DNA of 64,000 bases from Utricularia gibba. Its lineage: Eukaryota; Plantae; Magnoliophyta. The translations under genes and the position numbers were made by a program. Location of the stretch: positions 1,612,001 through 1,676,000 of the forward strand of contig NEEC01000015.1 in the NCBI GenBank assembly GCA_002189035.1. Reading direction: 5' to 3'. Shown here piece after piece: positions 39,837 to 52,744 of the stretch. Each line of letters begins with the position of its first letter. The stretch's first letter is position 1. A model generated the notes under the pieces. That model did not search any database. It saw nothing but the letters and a program-made list of their open reading frames with translations, and had not been told where the DNA came from.

Positions 39837-40114
39837 CTGCAAGTCCGATGAGAAGCTAACGCCCCAGCTGGTATGTTGCAGGCATACAATAACAAAGATG
39901 TACGCAGCTCATTTCTTATGTGCAGACAAAATCACCTCGCAAAGCTGCTGAAACCAAAGACAAATGTTCCAATTGTCGGAAAACTGCGTATCCTACAGAG
40001 AAGGTATAAGATACAAAATTTGTTGGAAAACAAAGCTACCACAACTACAAGTCTAGTGTGATCAAGCCTGTTTCAGTTAAAAGCCCTGCGGTTGCCATCG
40101 TTCTAGATTCTTGA
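39837..40114 (+). pseudogene. Decayed WLIM2-type LIM-domain gene fragment
   Basis: AG/GT-bounded exons 39837-39870 (KSDEKLTPQL) and 39926-40003 (TKSPRKAAETKDKCSNCRKTAYPTEK), then VGKQSYH...VIKPVSVK (40022-40114). The 5' exons and most of LIM2 are missing. Confidence 0.75.
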
Positions 40115-40580
40115 TCATGGTCATGGCGCTTCCGTCATGCTATGTGAGCTTAAAATGTTTGCATTCTACAAGGTGTTATGGATTTTGAATGTGCTGCAGA
40201 TCCTTTCCCACTCATTCGTGACGCTGAAGCTATGCATCTCTTTGTATGAAGTGGGAGCGATTTTAACAGTCTCTCATTCATATGTCCAGTTGTATGGTTC
40301 ACTCAATGTACTAGTTTAACAGAAGAAAATGCAAAAGAGAAGAAGAGGAAGGTAGATGGGTTTTCGCTGCCATATGAATACAAAAAAGCTCATTGGATTC
40401 CATTGGAATGCACTTAAAGTTCATTGGATACATGAACATTCTCACACACCGTTGAACTCCCAACCAGGCTACAGCATTCGAACTGCAGTGACAGCCCACC
40501 TCCTCACAGAGAGGCTTTATGCTACATAATATCCAACAGACTGCATAGCAGAACTAGTAACCTTAAGTCATCATCCAACT

Positions 40581-41636
40581 CTAACTATGAACCTCCGTAG
40601 AGTCATCAACGTCTGAAACTACGTTGATCTTTTTGTAGGGAAAATCACCGGACTTGGATGGGATCTTCACGACTGTCTCTGAGCTTTTATCAAACAATGT
40701 CCATAGGAATAGCACAATCAGGGCCAGTAATGCACCACATCCTGTAATGAAAACCAATCCAGAGAGAATGCCCAAGAAACAAATCTTCCTCTTGTGTGAC
40801 ATTTTAGAATGATTGTGCTCACTAGAAATAGCCACTACATCTATTGGCTTAGAATGAAGCCAATCAGGAACACTCCTTGTCCTAAAATTCCATGAATACA
40901 CACTGCTAATCTGAGTTGAACTTCTGCTAGACGAACTTAAGCAGACTAAAACTTCTTCATTTCCCCACATCTCCATCAAATCAACCTGATAAACCAACAA
41001 AGGATCATAAGGTCGAACATTTCCAAATTTCATCAACCTAACCTCAATCCTCTTCGAACTAGCATCATAATCAACCCATGAGTGCAATTTCACTCCACTC
41101 TGCAAGACCACATTAACGGCCGACAAGTTGCTTGTTTTAACAGAGACAAGGCTACCCACATCAATCCCAACATGATTGGCATTTACATCCCCTAAATTTT
41201 CATCACGCAAAGTATCGAACTCCACACCAAAAAACCGGCTTTCCTGCAAAACCCCAAAACCATCTGGCGAAAACGTTGATGAAAAACTCGTGGGTACGAT
41301 AAGAAAGGCCATGCCATCGCCATTATGCGGTGAGATCGAGAATGTGAAGTCCGTGGAGAAGGAAATTGGCTTTGCGGACCTCGAATTTGAGCTGAATAGT
41401 TTAATGGGTTTCTTCTGGATCAGGAATCCAGAGCTAGGAGATGAAACGAGGGGGTCAGTAAGCTGAATGTACGAGCCGTTGTTGGTGAACTTGGCGTCAC
41501 CAAGGAGAACAACATTCGACCCAAATCGCGAATTGCTAGGCAGTGAAAGCGAGAAACGAAATGACGAGAGGATGACGAGAAGCAGAAAACGACCACGGAA
41601 GTAGAAAGTGGAAGGGAATGCGCAGGATCTCGACAT
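40581..41636 (-). CDS. Legume (L-type) lectin receptor-like protein: signal peptide, lectin, TM, short tail, no kinase
   Basis: Intronless 351 aa with SFSTDFTFSIS, GDGMAFLI, FGVEFDT, NANHVGIDV, WVDYDASSKRIEVRL and a TM segment near the C-terminus. Confidence 0.9.
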   Translation of the reverse strand: MSRSCAFPSTFYFRGRFLLLVILSSFRFSLSLPSNSRFGSNVVLLGDAKFTNNGSYIQLTDPLVSSPSSGFLIQKKPIKLFSSNSRSAKPISFSTDFTFSISPHNGDGMAFLIVPTSFSSTFSPDGFGVLQESRFFGVEFDTLRDENLGDVNANHVGIDVGSLVSVKTSNLSAVNVVLQSGVKLHSWVDYDASSKRIEVRLMKFGNVRPYDPLLVYQVDLMEMWGNEEVLVCLSSSSRSSTQISSVYSWNFRTRSVPDWLHSKPIDVVAISSEHNHSKMSHKRKICFLGILSGLVFITGCGALLALIVLFLWTLFDKSSETVVKIPSKSGDFPYKKINVVSDVDDSTEVHS

Positions 41637-42185
41637 TGCTGGTAGGATTGAGAAAGATTAGGGCCTACGATGCGGCGCGTGTGTACGGGACAAGGCAATA
41701 AGCTCGCTGTAGCTCCACCGACAACTACTCAGGGCAGGAGAGCAATTCCGTTCGATGCCCTCAAAAAAACAAAAATTCGCACAAAATTTGACTTGACGGA
41801 GGTGCTGACGGACTCTCAACGGCAAACGGAAGCCGGAAACCGCCGATACCAAAATCCGATTTAGGAAAAACTCCTGCAATTACTTCTGTAAAAAACACAA
41901 ATATTAATTTAAAAGTTTTAAAATGTTTGATTTTATATTAATTAAAACAAAAACACAAATGAGAAAACAGAAGACAATTGCAGTAGATATAGAATTTTTT
42001 AAAAAAAAAACAATTTAAAAACAGTTTCAATATATCATTTCTGTTTTAAAAAACTTAAAAATTTATAAATACTTTTTAATTTATAGAAGACGTAAAAATT
42101 TGATTTTTAATTTTTTATAACCAGCTACAGACAAAATCCCAGCGTCACAAAAGTGGAAGGTCGCCAGAAGAAAGCAGCTCAGTAA

Positions 42186-43592
42186 TCATATGTGTTGCAT
42201 CCGCTTCCTTAGTTCCCCAAGGGGTCCATGACCCTTTTCTTCCGCCACTTTGTTCTTGCAGGCACAGATGCTGAAGTTAAGATTTGTACCGCATTTCAGG
42301 CAAAGACCTCTGCAGTTGGGATCACACTGTGCACTCATGTTGATTTCCACGTGTATAAGATCCCTTATGTTCTTCGAGATGTCGATGGTCTTCTCGTGCA
42401 CAGGGAAGTAGAGCTGATCATCTGGGTCGATTGATTCATCATCTGTTTCTTCAAGAGATTGGAGTTTTGGGTCACCAGAGAGCGAACCCATGTTTATGGT
42501 CTCTGGTTCTTGTATTGGTTCCTCATGGAGTAGGAGCGAAAACTCGGAGTAGATGATCTGAGCAGTAGGTTCACCACACCTTCAGGATTTGACAGTTATG
42601 AGCATTAGGTTCAAAAGGAAAGAAAAACATAACCAAGCAAAGAAAACTTCAATCAGCAAACTTGTTCCACTATTCCAGAGAAAAATGAGCACAGGGCACT
42701 GCTATGAGGTAAGCTAATTGAATCAGGAGAAGGAGCGCTTGTATTAGATGAAGAGATGGAAGCATATCCCTCCATGAGGGCTAAATTGCTTTGAATGATA
42801 AACAGAGATTCAGATGCCGACAATGATCGGTTTCTGTAATCGTGGCACTACATAAAGACACATTCTTTTGCAAGCACATGAAGCATACAATGCCAGAAAG
42901 CATCAGTTTTTGTATTCATGATGCATGTTTGCTATATCAAGGAGATAACTACTGCACCATATGAACATCTAGAACCCTTTCCGAATTCATTTACCATAAC
43001 GAGCAGCTCTATGATGTCAATAGCAAAGCAGGAGTGACTTGAATCATACAGAGTTATGCTAAAAACGAAAGTGAAGGAAAAAACCTGTTGCAGTTTAGAG
43101 CGAGGACGGTTCTAATGATACCATCAAGTCTCAACTTCTGCTTCCTTCTCGTAACATCAACTGAAATCAGGACAGGCGTTCCAGAGGGGAATCATTTTTT
43201 AACTTGATTATACGCAGCCCCATTTCCGAAGCCCGGTTCTTGGAAAACTCCGTCGAAACCTTATCCAATCCCAGCCTCTCAAGAGTGGTGGAGTACTCCA
43301 AATGGGAGACGGCAGCGTTCCTCGTGTACAATATCGCGCCTTCCCAGGGGCTATCTCCATTATCTTCTCCAATTTTATCGTCGTCCACAAAGTCCCAGTG
43401 ACTTCCAGAGACCTCATCAGAAGAGGGGAAGCCGCTTCTGCAGATGTGGGTAGCCGATATGATTGGAATTGGTGGGGTAAATGATCTTATCGGGATTATT
43501 GGAGTAAAGTGCCGCTGGAGTTTCCCCAAGTTGGCGGCCGGCCCGAAGGAGGAGAGGCTCGCAGAGGAGGAGGCTGAGATTGAGCGCAGCAT
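42186..43592 (-). CDS. YCED1: Chloroplast DUF177 / YceD homolog 1 (apparent -1 frameshift)
   Basis: SPWEGA, HLEYSTTLERLGL, GTPVLISVDV..KLRLDGIIRT, CNRC, IDISKNIRD, CRGLCLKCGTNLN and GPLGELR. Confidence 0.88.
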
Positions 43593-44016
43593 TTGGCCGA
43601 CTGCCACCGTGACAGATCCACGAGGCTTGGTTGTGTTGCCCGGCCGGAGTAAGCTGAGTATTATCTTAATCCAATTTTACATCATGGAAAATAGAATAAA
43701 ATTGAGTAACATGACTATACAAATATTACATGAAATCTTTTCGGTAAAGAATCCTTGATAGTAACTCTAATATTGAGCATGCTTAGTATGAAATAAAGTA
43801 ATGGTGTATGAACTTATGAAAAGACAAATCAAGTATATAAAAAATGGAAAACAATAAAGATTGAGTATACAAAACATATAATATACTATAAAATGAACCT
43901 TAGTCATTGCACTTAATAGCTGATTTCTTTTTTTTTTTTCGGGAAGCTTCCATCCCATATAAAGATCCACTCATACTCCTAAAGCATTTCCGAAGCTGTT
44001 TTAGGGCAAATAATAT

Positions 44017-44158
44017 GGTATCAAACTTTATAAGGTACAAAAAAAAAAGAATAATATTTACGAATAAAGATAATAAAAAAATAGAGTATTTAAAACACCA
44101 AAAATCCAATAATTAGAGATTAGGGTATCAAACTTTATAAGGTACAAAAAAAAAAGAA
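44017..44158. repeat. Exact 35-bp direct repeat, period 107
   Basis: GGTATCAAACTTTATAAGGTAC(A)10GAA at 44017-44051 and 44124-44158. Confidence 0.95.
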
Positions 44159-44226
44159 CATGAGAATCTCTTCGTCTCCAGAGCGGAGTCGCGCGCTTCG
44201 GTTTGCAGTGTCTCGAGTTGCCGTTG

Positions 44227-47200
44227 ATGATGGATGGTGAAAATGAGACACCTCTGAGTTGCTCAGGTGGCTTATCCGCTGTGGAAGATACGCCTGTTGA
44301 TGATTCTAAATACTTCCGTAACATTGCTTGCAGTCTGCCGCCCCAGCCCCTGAAGGACTTACTCGGCGCTGGCGTTAGTTTTTGCCCCTGTCATGATTTC
44401 TGTTTGTAAAGATCTTTCTTTTTTTCCAATGCGTTTTTTCTGCGTAATTTGCGTTTCGAGAATTTGTGCGTCACGCAACTGATTATTTAATGCATACAGG
44501 TCTGTGAGCGATGCATATTCAGAGTATTTTCTCGTCATGAATCGATTTTGTTATATGGGTCCTCTTCAACGCCAGTTTTGAGAGATGCCCTTCATGAGTT
44601 AACCGAGAAAGCTGGTGGCGGAAACAATATCAGTGATACTATAGGCGAAAATGATTTGGCTGAGACAGAACGTGGTCAGGAATTAGAAGTGTTCAAAGTC
44701 TGCAATGCCTGTCTTGGTATTTTGCAATTTGCATATCAAGGCGATGAAAGGGGAACACTGGTAAAGAAGGACTGTGCTAGTGTTTTTTCTGCTGCATTGG
44801 GGGATTATCTAAAGCAAGAAGGTCACCAGTTCGAGAGTTTCTCTCTGGAAGTCTCACTTCCACAACGTGTAGTTGAAAACGAGAAAGCAATTCAGTAAGA
44901 TACTGATTCAAAGAGCTTTTTTTTTTTAATGTTTTATGATCCTGATTGGATGTTATTTCTGTAGTTTTTCACCTGAGACATTTAGTTTTTGCGTGTTAAT
45001 TGATGAGAAATTGTTGTTCAGGTTGTATATAAAAAATAAGTATAGCTCTGAACCTTGGTTTCTCGACAAGTTTACAGATGAAGGCATTAGTGTCAAAGAA
45101 TCCCTTAAAAAGTCCTTGACAACTTCGCTAGAACAGCTTCTGGTAAGTGCTGAAATTTTCTTGTTACTGCTCTATTTTATATACAAGCGCTTGGTTGTAA
45201 GATAACATATGTGTGAGATAGAGTGAGGATCGGCTCATTAATTTTCTTCTTTTATCAAAATTCCCCTGTAAAATATTTACATATTTCAGGGTGTGAGGTC
45301 TAGTGAGAGTTCTTTCAGAATACGGCTTATATATACACTTCCGAATGCAGCAAACCCGAAGCAGCAAACTGCTGAAAATAATCGCTGCCTTAAAAGGAGG
45401 AAAACAGGTGAGATCATTCTGTTTTCTTTGGCCATGTCTTGGCGTTTCAAGGAATTTAATAAAATGAAAATATCCCTGGTTAAGAAAAAATGGATTCTGT
45501 TTACATTAATAAAACTCTGCCTGGTTCTGTTCTATATATGTTTTTTTCTTTATACACTCTGTAATTTTTGAAACAGGTGATGATGTTATCTTGAGGAAGT
45601 GCGCTGATGTGACTGAAAACAGCACATGTGAACTGACTAAAAATTCTTTAGTCGTGGAAGAAAATGATGAAATGGTCAGACAGGCGTTTCATTTAGATGA
45701 TGTACGTTCTTTTAGCAGACATCAGTGTACCTTACCACTGAACCCGTTCGAATTTAAGGCTATCAGGACCATCACTCTCCCATTTTATTACTGGTTTATG
45801 AGGAACCGCTACTAATGGACAGAATCGTGCAGGAATAACAGTTGCCACTTTGTTTTTTTCAGGTTCATGAGTGCTGCTTCTTAACTTTCAGTTGCTATAG
45901 GACTCCTGTCTATGTAGGTGGTAGATATCTAAAGGTGCAGCAGCTTAAGCCTCTCGTTTTTTAACATCACTGTTTTCCATAAAGATGAGAGGATCTTTGA
46001 TTGTTAACTATCACTGTTGCTACGTGTTGCATGCAGTACTCTAGGAATGTTAGCCAGACACGGTGGATAATTGATGACGAGAGAATGGGAGAAGCATCCG
46101 TAGAGGTGATGAATTTTCTTCACTTTATCTTTTATTTATTCTGATTCTGTAAGCTGTTGATTTTTTTTAATGCAGGAAATAGTAGGTGGCAACATCCTTC
46201 CAATTTTTAGTGCGGATAGTTACAAGTTCCATGCTGCTGGACGAGAAGATATTGATGTTGTACTTGTGATAGCTTTTTTCTTTGTGAGCGATTATGATCC
46301 TGAATGGGCTCTTTGTCTTTGCAGGTCAGAATGCTGGGTACTGGTAGACCATTCCTAGTTGAGATCCAAAACGCACGCAAAATTCCTTCCTATCCATTGC
46401 TAAAGGAGATAGAGTTGAAAATAAATAGCCTTGAAAACAAATATGTATGGCCTAGAATAAATTTTCATCAATTTTTTGCACACAAGTTTTTCAGTGTATC
46501 TGTTATGTAACATGTTGCCCTGTTGCTTTTGCAGGTGAGAGTAAGAAATCTTGGCATTTTAGATAATCAAGGCTGGGACCTAATGCGTGAAGGTGAAGCA
46601 GAGAAACAGGTATAGCGTTGCTGTTGGTCAATTGCATCTCTGTTACTGGACAGTTCAAGTTTTTCATTCGTATATTTATCATCATTTGCGAACTACTTTT
46701 TTGAATTGTGAAATTTGGACGTAAATCTGTGTGTAAAAGCTTGTCTCAGGGCAAGTTCCAATATGAGTTAGTTGGGCTGAAATGAATCTCCAAAAATTTC
46801 CACAGAAACAGTATTGTGCACTTGTATGGATATCTCGGCCTCTTAGCAGCAATGATGAGGAGAAGTTATCATCTCTCAAGGATATGGTACCATTGATGAA
46901 CTCGGCCTTCCTTGTTCCCATTGCATGACGATATGTGTGTTGTGCTTTGATTTTTCCAAATACATTTATTTCTATGCATCTCTGGTCTGATCATGAACCA
47001 TTTGCCTCATGCAGAAAATACTGCAGAAGACACCAGTCAGGGTGCTCCATCGTCGAAGCCCATTAGATCGTGAAAAAACTATACACTGGTCAGCATCCCA
47101 ACATTCATAACCCCATGTGCCACCTCCATGCTATCTAAAGCGCTTATTTTGAGATTGCAGGATGAGAATAGAGACGATCCCCAGCAGCCCTCATTATTTT

Positions 47201-47539
47201 CTTCTCCACCTATGCACACAGGTTTGTCAAGCTTTTTGTGGCATTTACAATGAGTGGTAGGTATCCTAACCATAATGGTCTCAGTACGGAACCTCAACTG
47301 ATCCTCGTGTTGCTATCTAGGCTGGGACTTACATCAAGGAATTCATTCATGGTGATCTGGGGCGTACACATCCGAGGTACGGCGTGTGGCTTCTTACTTT
47401 ACCAGTATGGTGTGGACACAGAAATTTTGAATATGGTTTATGGCCTTTGTCTCCCAGCTTGGGTTCTATTCTGGAATGCAGAGCAGAGATTCTGCAGCTC
47501 GATGTAACAGATGTGAAGATGAACTGTTTTCAAGGTTGA
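44227..47539 (+). CDS. PUS10: tRNA pseudouridine synthase Pus10
   Basis: VCERCIFR, VGGRYLKYSRNVSQTRW, KFHAAGREDIDVRMLGTGRPF, QKTPVRVLHRRS and QAGTYIKEFIHGDLGRTHPS. One internal exon boundary near 45700 is uncertain. Confidence 0.92.
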
Positions 47540-49689
47540 GCGAGTAACTCTTTCTCCTCACGTGTGAGCTCGCCGGAAAAATAATGGAACCTCCGATCTC
47601 CGGCTCTTCACTCCGAGCACACCGCCGGAGAAAACGCTTGGGAGCCGTGGCCGGTGGCCCTCAGCTGTTGTATCATGTAACCTTTACCAGAATTATTTTT
47701 ATTCACAAAATTTCGAATAATATCTTTAAAGCTGCAACCGCTTTTTGAATATGTCGTCATAAATGAAATTTATTCTTACAATAAATTTGTTTGTAAAAAT
47801 AATATTAATTTTAACCTCACCAAATGAGTCATGAATTTTAAATTATGTACAACCAAATAAATCATTAAATTAATTTTACCGACTTGATTTTTAAAATCAT
47901 TTAAAAAACTTTACTGTGAAGATATTGTATTAAAAGGCTTGATGTCTAAACCAATTAAAGATAATGTTTTTAATTTCATAAAAAAAAGCGAAAATTTGAA
48001 TAAATCTAAAATCTAAAATGTTTTTTTTAAGGAAATTTAAACATTGATGGAATGTCTAAACCTCTTGAAACATTGTTAGGGTTTACCTCATCAGACAGGG
48101 CAATGAAATAATTGCCCCCATAAATATAACCATTAAATCAACAATTATTATTTTGACATAAACAGCCCCTTTTTTATTTATTGTGCCTTCTTTTTTCATA
48201 ATTTAATACATGATTTTGAACTCATCAATGCCTTTTCTTTTTTTTTGGGTTAAAAAAATAAAATTGGAAAACATTAATTACGCACACAAAGGGAGGAGAG
48301 ATGAGATGATAATGTGTGTTGTTAGCTTGGAAGTAGATGAATCCATGAATGTTGAATTGAATTCCTGTGGATGTTGGTATCTCGTTTAAATATACTTTTT
48401 TATTATATTCCTCTTTTAATTTTTTCACATCATTATTATTATTTTTTGAAAAACAAAATTGTAGGTGGCCAGAGAAATGTTTAATGCCCACATTGAATAT
48501 GTGACTCGAATTTAATGTGTTGTGCAGCAAAAATGAAATGCAATCTCCATTATTCTCTTTTTTATTTTCAATTTTCAACCCCCCTCCATTCAATCTTATT
48601 TATTCACCCGCCCCCGCCCCTCATTCCCTTCCTTACTTAACATGATGAACTCGGAATGAGTTTCGAAACGATATATCATGGATAATATGAATTATCACGA
48701 TTTGAAATATATTATGTAAATACACTTATAACGATGTCGGTTCGGATTATTTTTCAATGTGTTTTGAATTGTGTATGGTATGTGATTAGGTGTGGTGTAT
48801 GAATTGAGTTGGGGAGGAGGTGAAGTAAAACACACATACTATTAGAGGCTATGGAATAGTGGTGGCAACTGGCAAGGCAAGGCATAGGCATGTTGAGACA
48901 AGGGGGCTGTGGACATAATTACATTTGGGGGGGTGGGAGGGTTTTGATGAACCTCCCAATCCTGTTCAAATAGTGCACATGGACAGGAGATATGGGATAG
49001 ATTCTCCCTACCAACTTTTAGCCAAGGGACCTCTTCCTCACTCATTCACTCCACCTAATTTGAAATTTGAGATTTTTTAATTTATAAATATTCTACTTCG
49101 CATAAGTTCTATGGATGTTATTAAGTGTTTTGTAGAATAACTTGTATTAAAATTTATTTAATTGAAGCAATAATAATAAGTAAAAATGTATTCAAACAAA
49201 AGAATAGATTTAATTATTGAGTTTGAATATGTAACTAAAACTACCAAAGAAGTAATAATCAGTCAGAATTCATGGATGAAATAAAATATTTAGGATAATT
49301 TGTGAGAAGGGCGGGTCGGGTCGGGTCAGTGGGGATCTGACCCGGGTTTGAATGCATGGGCTGACCGGGAGGAGGCATCGATCACGGTAGCAATAAGAGG
49401 AGCTGTCGCTCTGCCGAGCGGAAGCCAATCAATCTCCTTCCTTCCCTTCCCCCACACCGTCTCGCACTCCATTCAATTTCTCTACTTTTTTTTCCTTTTC
49501 CTTTTCGTCTCTTTCTTATGCCGCTGCCCTGGTTAGCAGCATTACCCCTCCGTTTCCGCTTTTGTACTTTTGCTTTGTCGTCGTGTCTTTCCTCTCCTCC
49601 TCCAACCATCTCTGTGTTCTTCTTCTTTTTTTTGCGTCCACAAGTGGGTTTTCGACAGCCTGCGTCTTCTGCAGTTTGGTACACCTGGG

Positions 49690-51965
49690 ATGGATGAGGA
49701 TACCAATGGTGTGATTTTGCGGCGCTCCGATGACGAGGAGTTCGGGGACATGGAGTCCCGCCGTTTCAGCGAGAGTTACAGTCTCAGCGCCGATGTGAGT
49801 GAGTCCGAGAGTTCAACATCTACCGCCGCTACATTCTCTTCATACCACCGCCCGACGCCGCCGGTTGTCAAGTGCCCCACTCAAAAAACTCAGCCTCTGG
49901 ATCTCACCGGTTAGTTTCGCTTTCTTCATCAGTCCTGCATCTGCAATGCAATCCAATTCATCAGTCGTATCACAACATTCGCTCGATTCGGTTCTGTATG
50001 CCGTAAATAGGAGAAGATTCATTCGTGTATAGTGACGAATTCAAGCCATTTTGTCAACACGCAGTTTTACTGTCCTCTTTGAAAAGCCACTCACGAAATA
50101 CTACCTTGGTTTCTTTTTTCCTTAGTAGTGCACAATGCCCCTCTTTTGTAGTACAGTTTGTTCAAGTCGTTAATGTCTACGCCTGACGACATGTGTTTCC
50201 TGTGTGGATTCAGAGTCTGAACTGATGAAAGAAAGGTTTGCCAAGTTGTTGCTTGGAGAGGATATGACTGGCAGTGGGAAGGGAGTTACCACTGCTCTTG
50301 CAATCTCCAATGCAATCACCAAACTTGCAGGTTTTGAAACCAAGCTTCTCAATCCACTTGTATATTTTTTATGCAGATTTAAGTGTACGATGAAAAATCA
50401 TATCAAATCATCCTGTCTAATCCACAGCTTCTGTCTTTGGAGAAGTATGGAAATTGGAGCCGGTAACCTTGGAGAAGAGGTCAATGTGGGAAAGAGAGAT
50501 GGACTGGCTTCTCTGTGTCACAGACTCCATCGTCGAGCTAGTTCCATCTGTTCAAGATTTGCCCGGTGGAGGCAGCCGCTTTGAAATTATGGTACCTCAA
50601 CAAAGATCAGACTTGTTTGTCAATCTTCCGGCACTCAAGAAACTAGATGGAATGTTGATGAGCATCCTTGATAGTTTTGATGATACTGAATTTTACTACA
50701 TTGATAGTGGGATAGTTGCGGCAGATGGTGAAAATCTAGGCGACTATTCGTGCTCAGCATCTTCAAGGAGGAGGTCAACCTCCATGGAGGGAAAATGGTG
50801 GTTGCCATTTCCAAAAGTTCCTCCTATTGGTTTGTCGAGAGGGACTAGAAAGAAACTACAGCAATGCAAGGAGTGCAGCCATCAAATCTTTAAGGCTGCT
50901 GTTGCTATCAACACCAGTGTGATTCTACAAATGGGAGTTCCACAAGTCTATATGGAAAGCTTGCCCAAGGTGACCACTTTAAATAGTTATTGTTGATGCA
51001 CCCACCCCCTGTTATTTCCCAGTTAATCATATCATAAAATCATGTGGCAATGGAAAGTGTTCTTGGCAGCAAAGCGACTGAGGGCCATTGCATTTGGTTA
51101 ATAATGGATATTGAATGATGCTCAACGTTTGTTGCTGATTAAAGTCCTACTGTCTGTTGCAGAGTGAAAAGGCTTGTTTGGGTGAAACCTTGCATCGTTT
51201 CATAACCGCAGATCATTTCTCCCCTGAGTGCCTTCAAGATCACCTCGACCTTTCATCTGAATTCAGCACCATGGATACTGCAAACCGGATAGAGAGCGCA
51301 ATGCACATTTGGAGGATGAAATATCAGAAGAAGAAGCCAACCAACGCAAAAACAGGATTGTTTTGGGGAAGCACCAAGATCCTCGTTAGTGATGCAGAAA
51401 AGAGCAAACATTTTGCAAGCCGAGCAGAAACTCTTCTCAAGAACTTGAAGCTACGGTTTCCCGGCCTCCCACAGACTGATCTCGACACTATCAAGATTCA
51501 TCACAACAAGGTAACGCAACTCCTACCATATACATATACACATACATATGCTCCCTCCCCTGCCCTGCAAAAGAATCCTGCTGATCCACATTGGTTCCTT
51601 CCTCTTCCTCTCAGGATGTTGGGCAAGCCATTCTGGAAAGCTACTCAAGGGTGCTGATGGGCTTGGCCGTCAAGCTGATGGCACGAATCAACGACCTGTT
51701 GTACGTAGACGAAGCAACGAAACGACGCGCAATAACAGGGGGAGCTTCCATTCCCTACATCAGACTAGCCTCTCCAGGTCCATACTACCACCGGCCCTCC
51801 TTTGCATCATCATCTGTTGTGTCCGGTAATCCCTTCCCTGGCTCCATCCCATCAACCCACCTACGGAGATCAGCCAGCCAGCCCTCCTCCCGTCACAGTC
51901 TTGATCTAGACCTTAAACACCTAACCTTGAGAGAATCCAGCAATGGAAGGTTTCGTTTCTCTTAG
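49690..51965 (+). CDS. ROPGEF1: PRONE-domain Rop guanine nucleotide exchange factor, RopGEF1-like
   Basis: [59 protein letters not shown] and [13 protein letters not shown]. Confidence 0.9.
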
Positions 51966-52611
51966 AAGCTGCAGTTGAGTTGTAATATGAAGATGGGGGA
52001 GATCCCCCCCATTCTCTTCCTTCCTTCCATTTACTATAAAATAATAACGCAAACTATACTTATTCATGGTTACTAAAAAGATGGTTGCATTAACCATGTT
52101 AAAAAAGCCCCATGTTCTTAATTTTAAATTATTATTTTTATAATGAAATGGAATTAATTTGTAAAAAAAAACATTAAAGCTTGGTAGTTGACTTCTATTG
52201 AAATCGGATTGCCTTGGGACCATCGGTTCGATAACATAGTTTAATATAGCGGGACAAATATTTATTTTATGCGACTGGCCATTTACTTATTTTCTCCATT
52301 ATTTTTTATGCAAAATAAAATTTCCCATTTGAATAATTTTAAAATATTTAAAATTTTGATCAAATAATTCATTTAAAAAAATTAAAATTTAAATACAAAG
52401 ATTAGGTTTCAAAAAACTCGAGTGTCCCCAAAATACAAATCAAACGAGAATTTGTATTCATCAATGTTTTGAATTTTGAAAAATTTCAGATTTCGAGTTT
52501 TTCCGAAATAAAAATATTTTTAAATTTGACCAAAATTTCAGGTTTAGGTAAAATATTAAATAATTGTGTTTCATATACTAAAAAATAGGGTTATGAGCCT
52601 GGGTTTGTAAT

Positions 52612-52641
52612 AGCCCATGTCTTCTGGGCTTCATGGGCCCA
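52612..52641. promoter_or_regulatory. Site II (TCP) element cluster upstream of MEE60
   Basis: AGCCCA 52612, TGGGCT 52625 and TGGGCCCA 52634. Confidence 0.55.
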
Positions 52642-52744
52642 AACGTTGGCTCACTTTCCGGGAAAAGTGGAACGCGTAAAGCAGAAGCTAATCGGAATCT
52701 GGATCTTATAGCCACCGGCCATCGGCCGCTCCCCAAACTAGAAA

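Noticed and set aside
48860-49040. TAGCCAAGG resembling the miR169 5' end, with GGCAAG upstream
   Set aside because: Only 9 nt match, the arm order is wrong and there is no precursor-length hairpin.
52411-52503. Nested short inverted repeats in the AT-rich spacer
   Set aside because: Imperfect and low-complexity, with no TIR/TSD pair, so a MITE is not supported.
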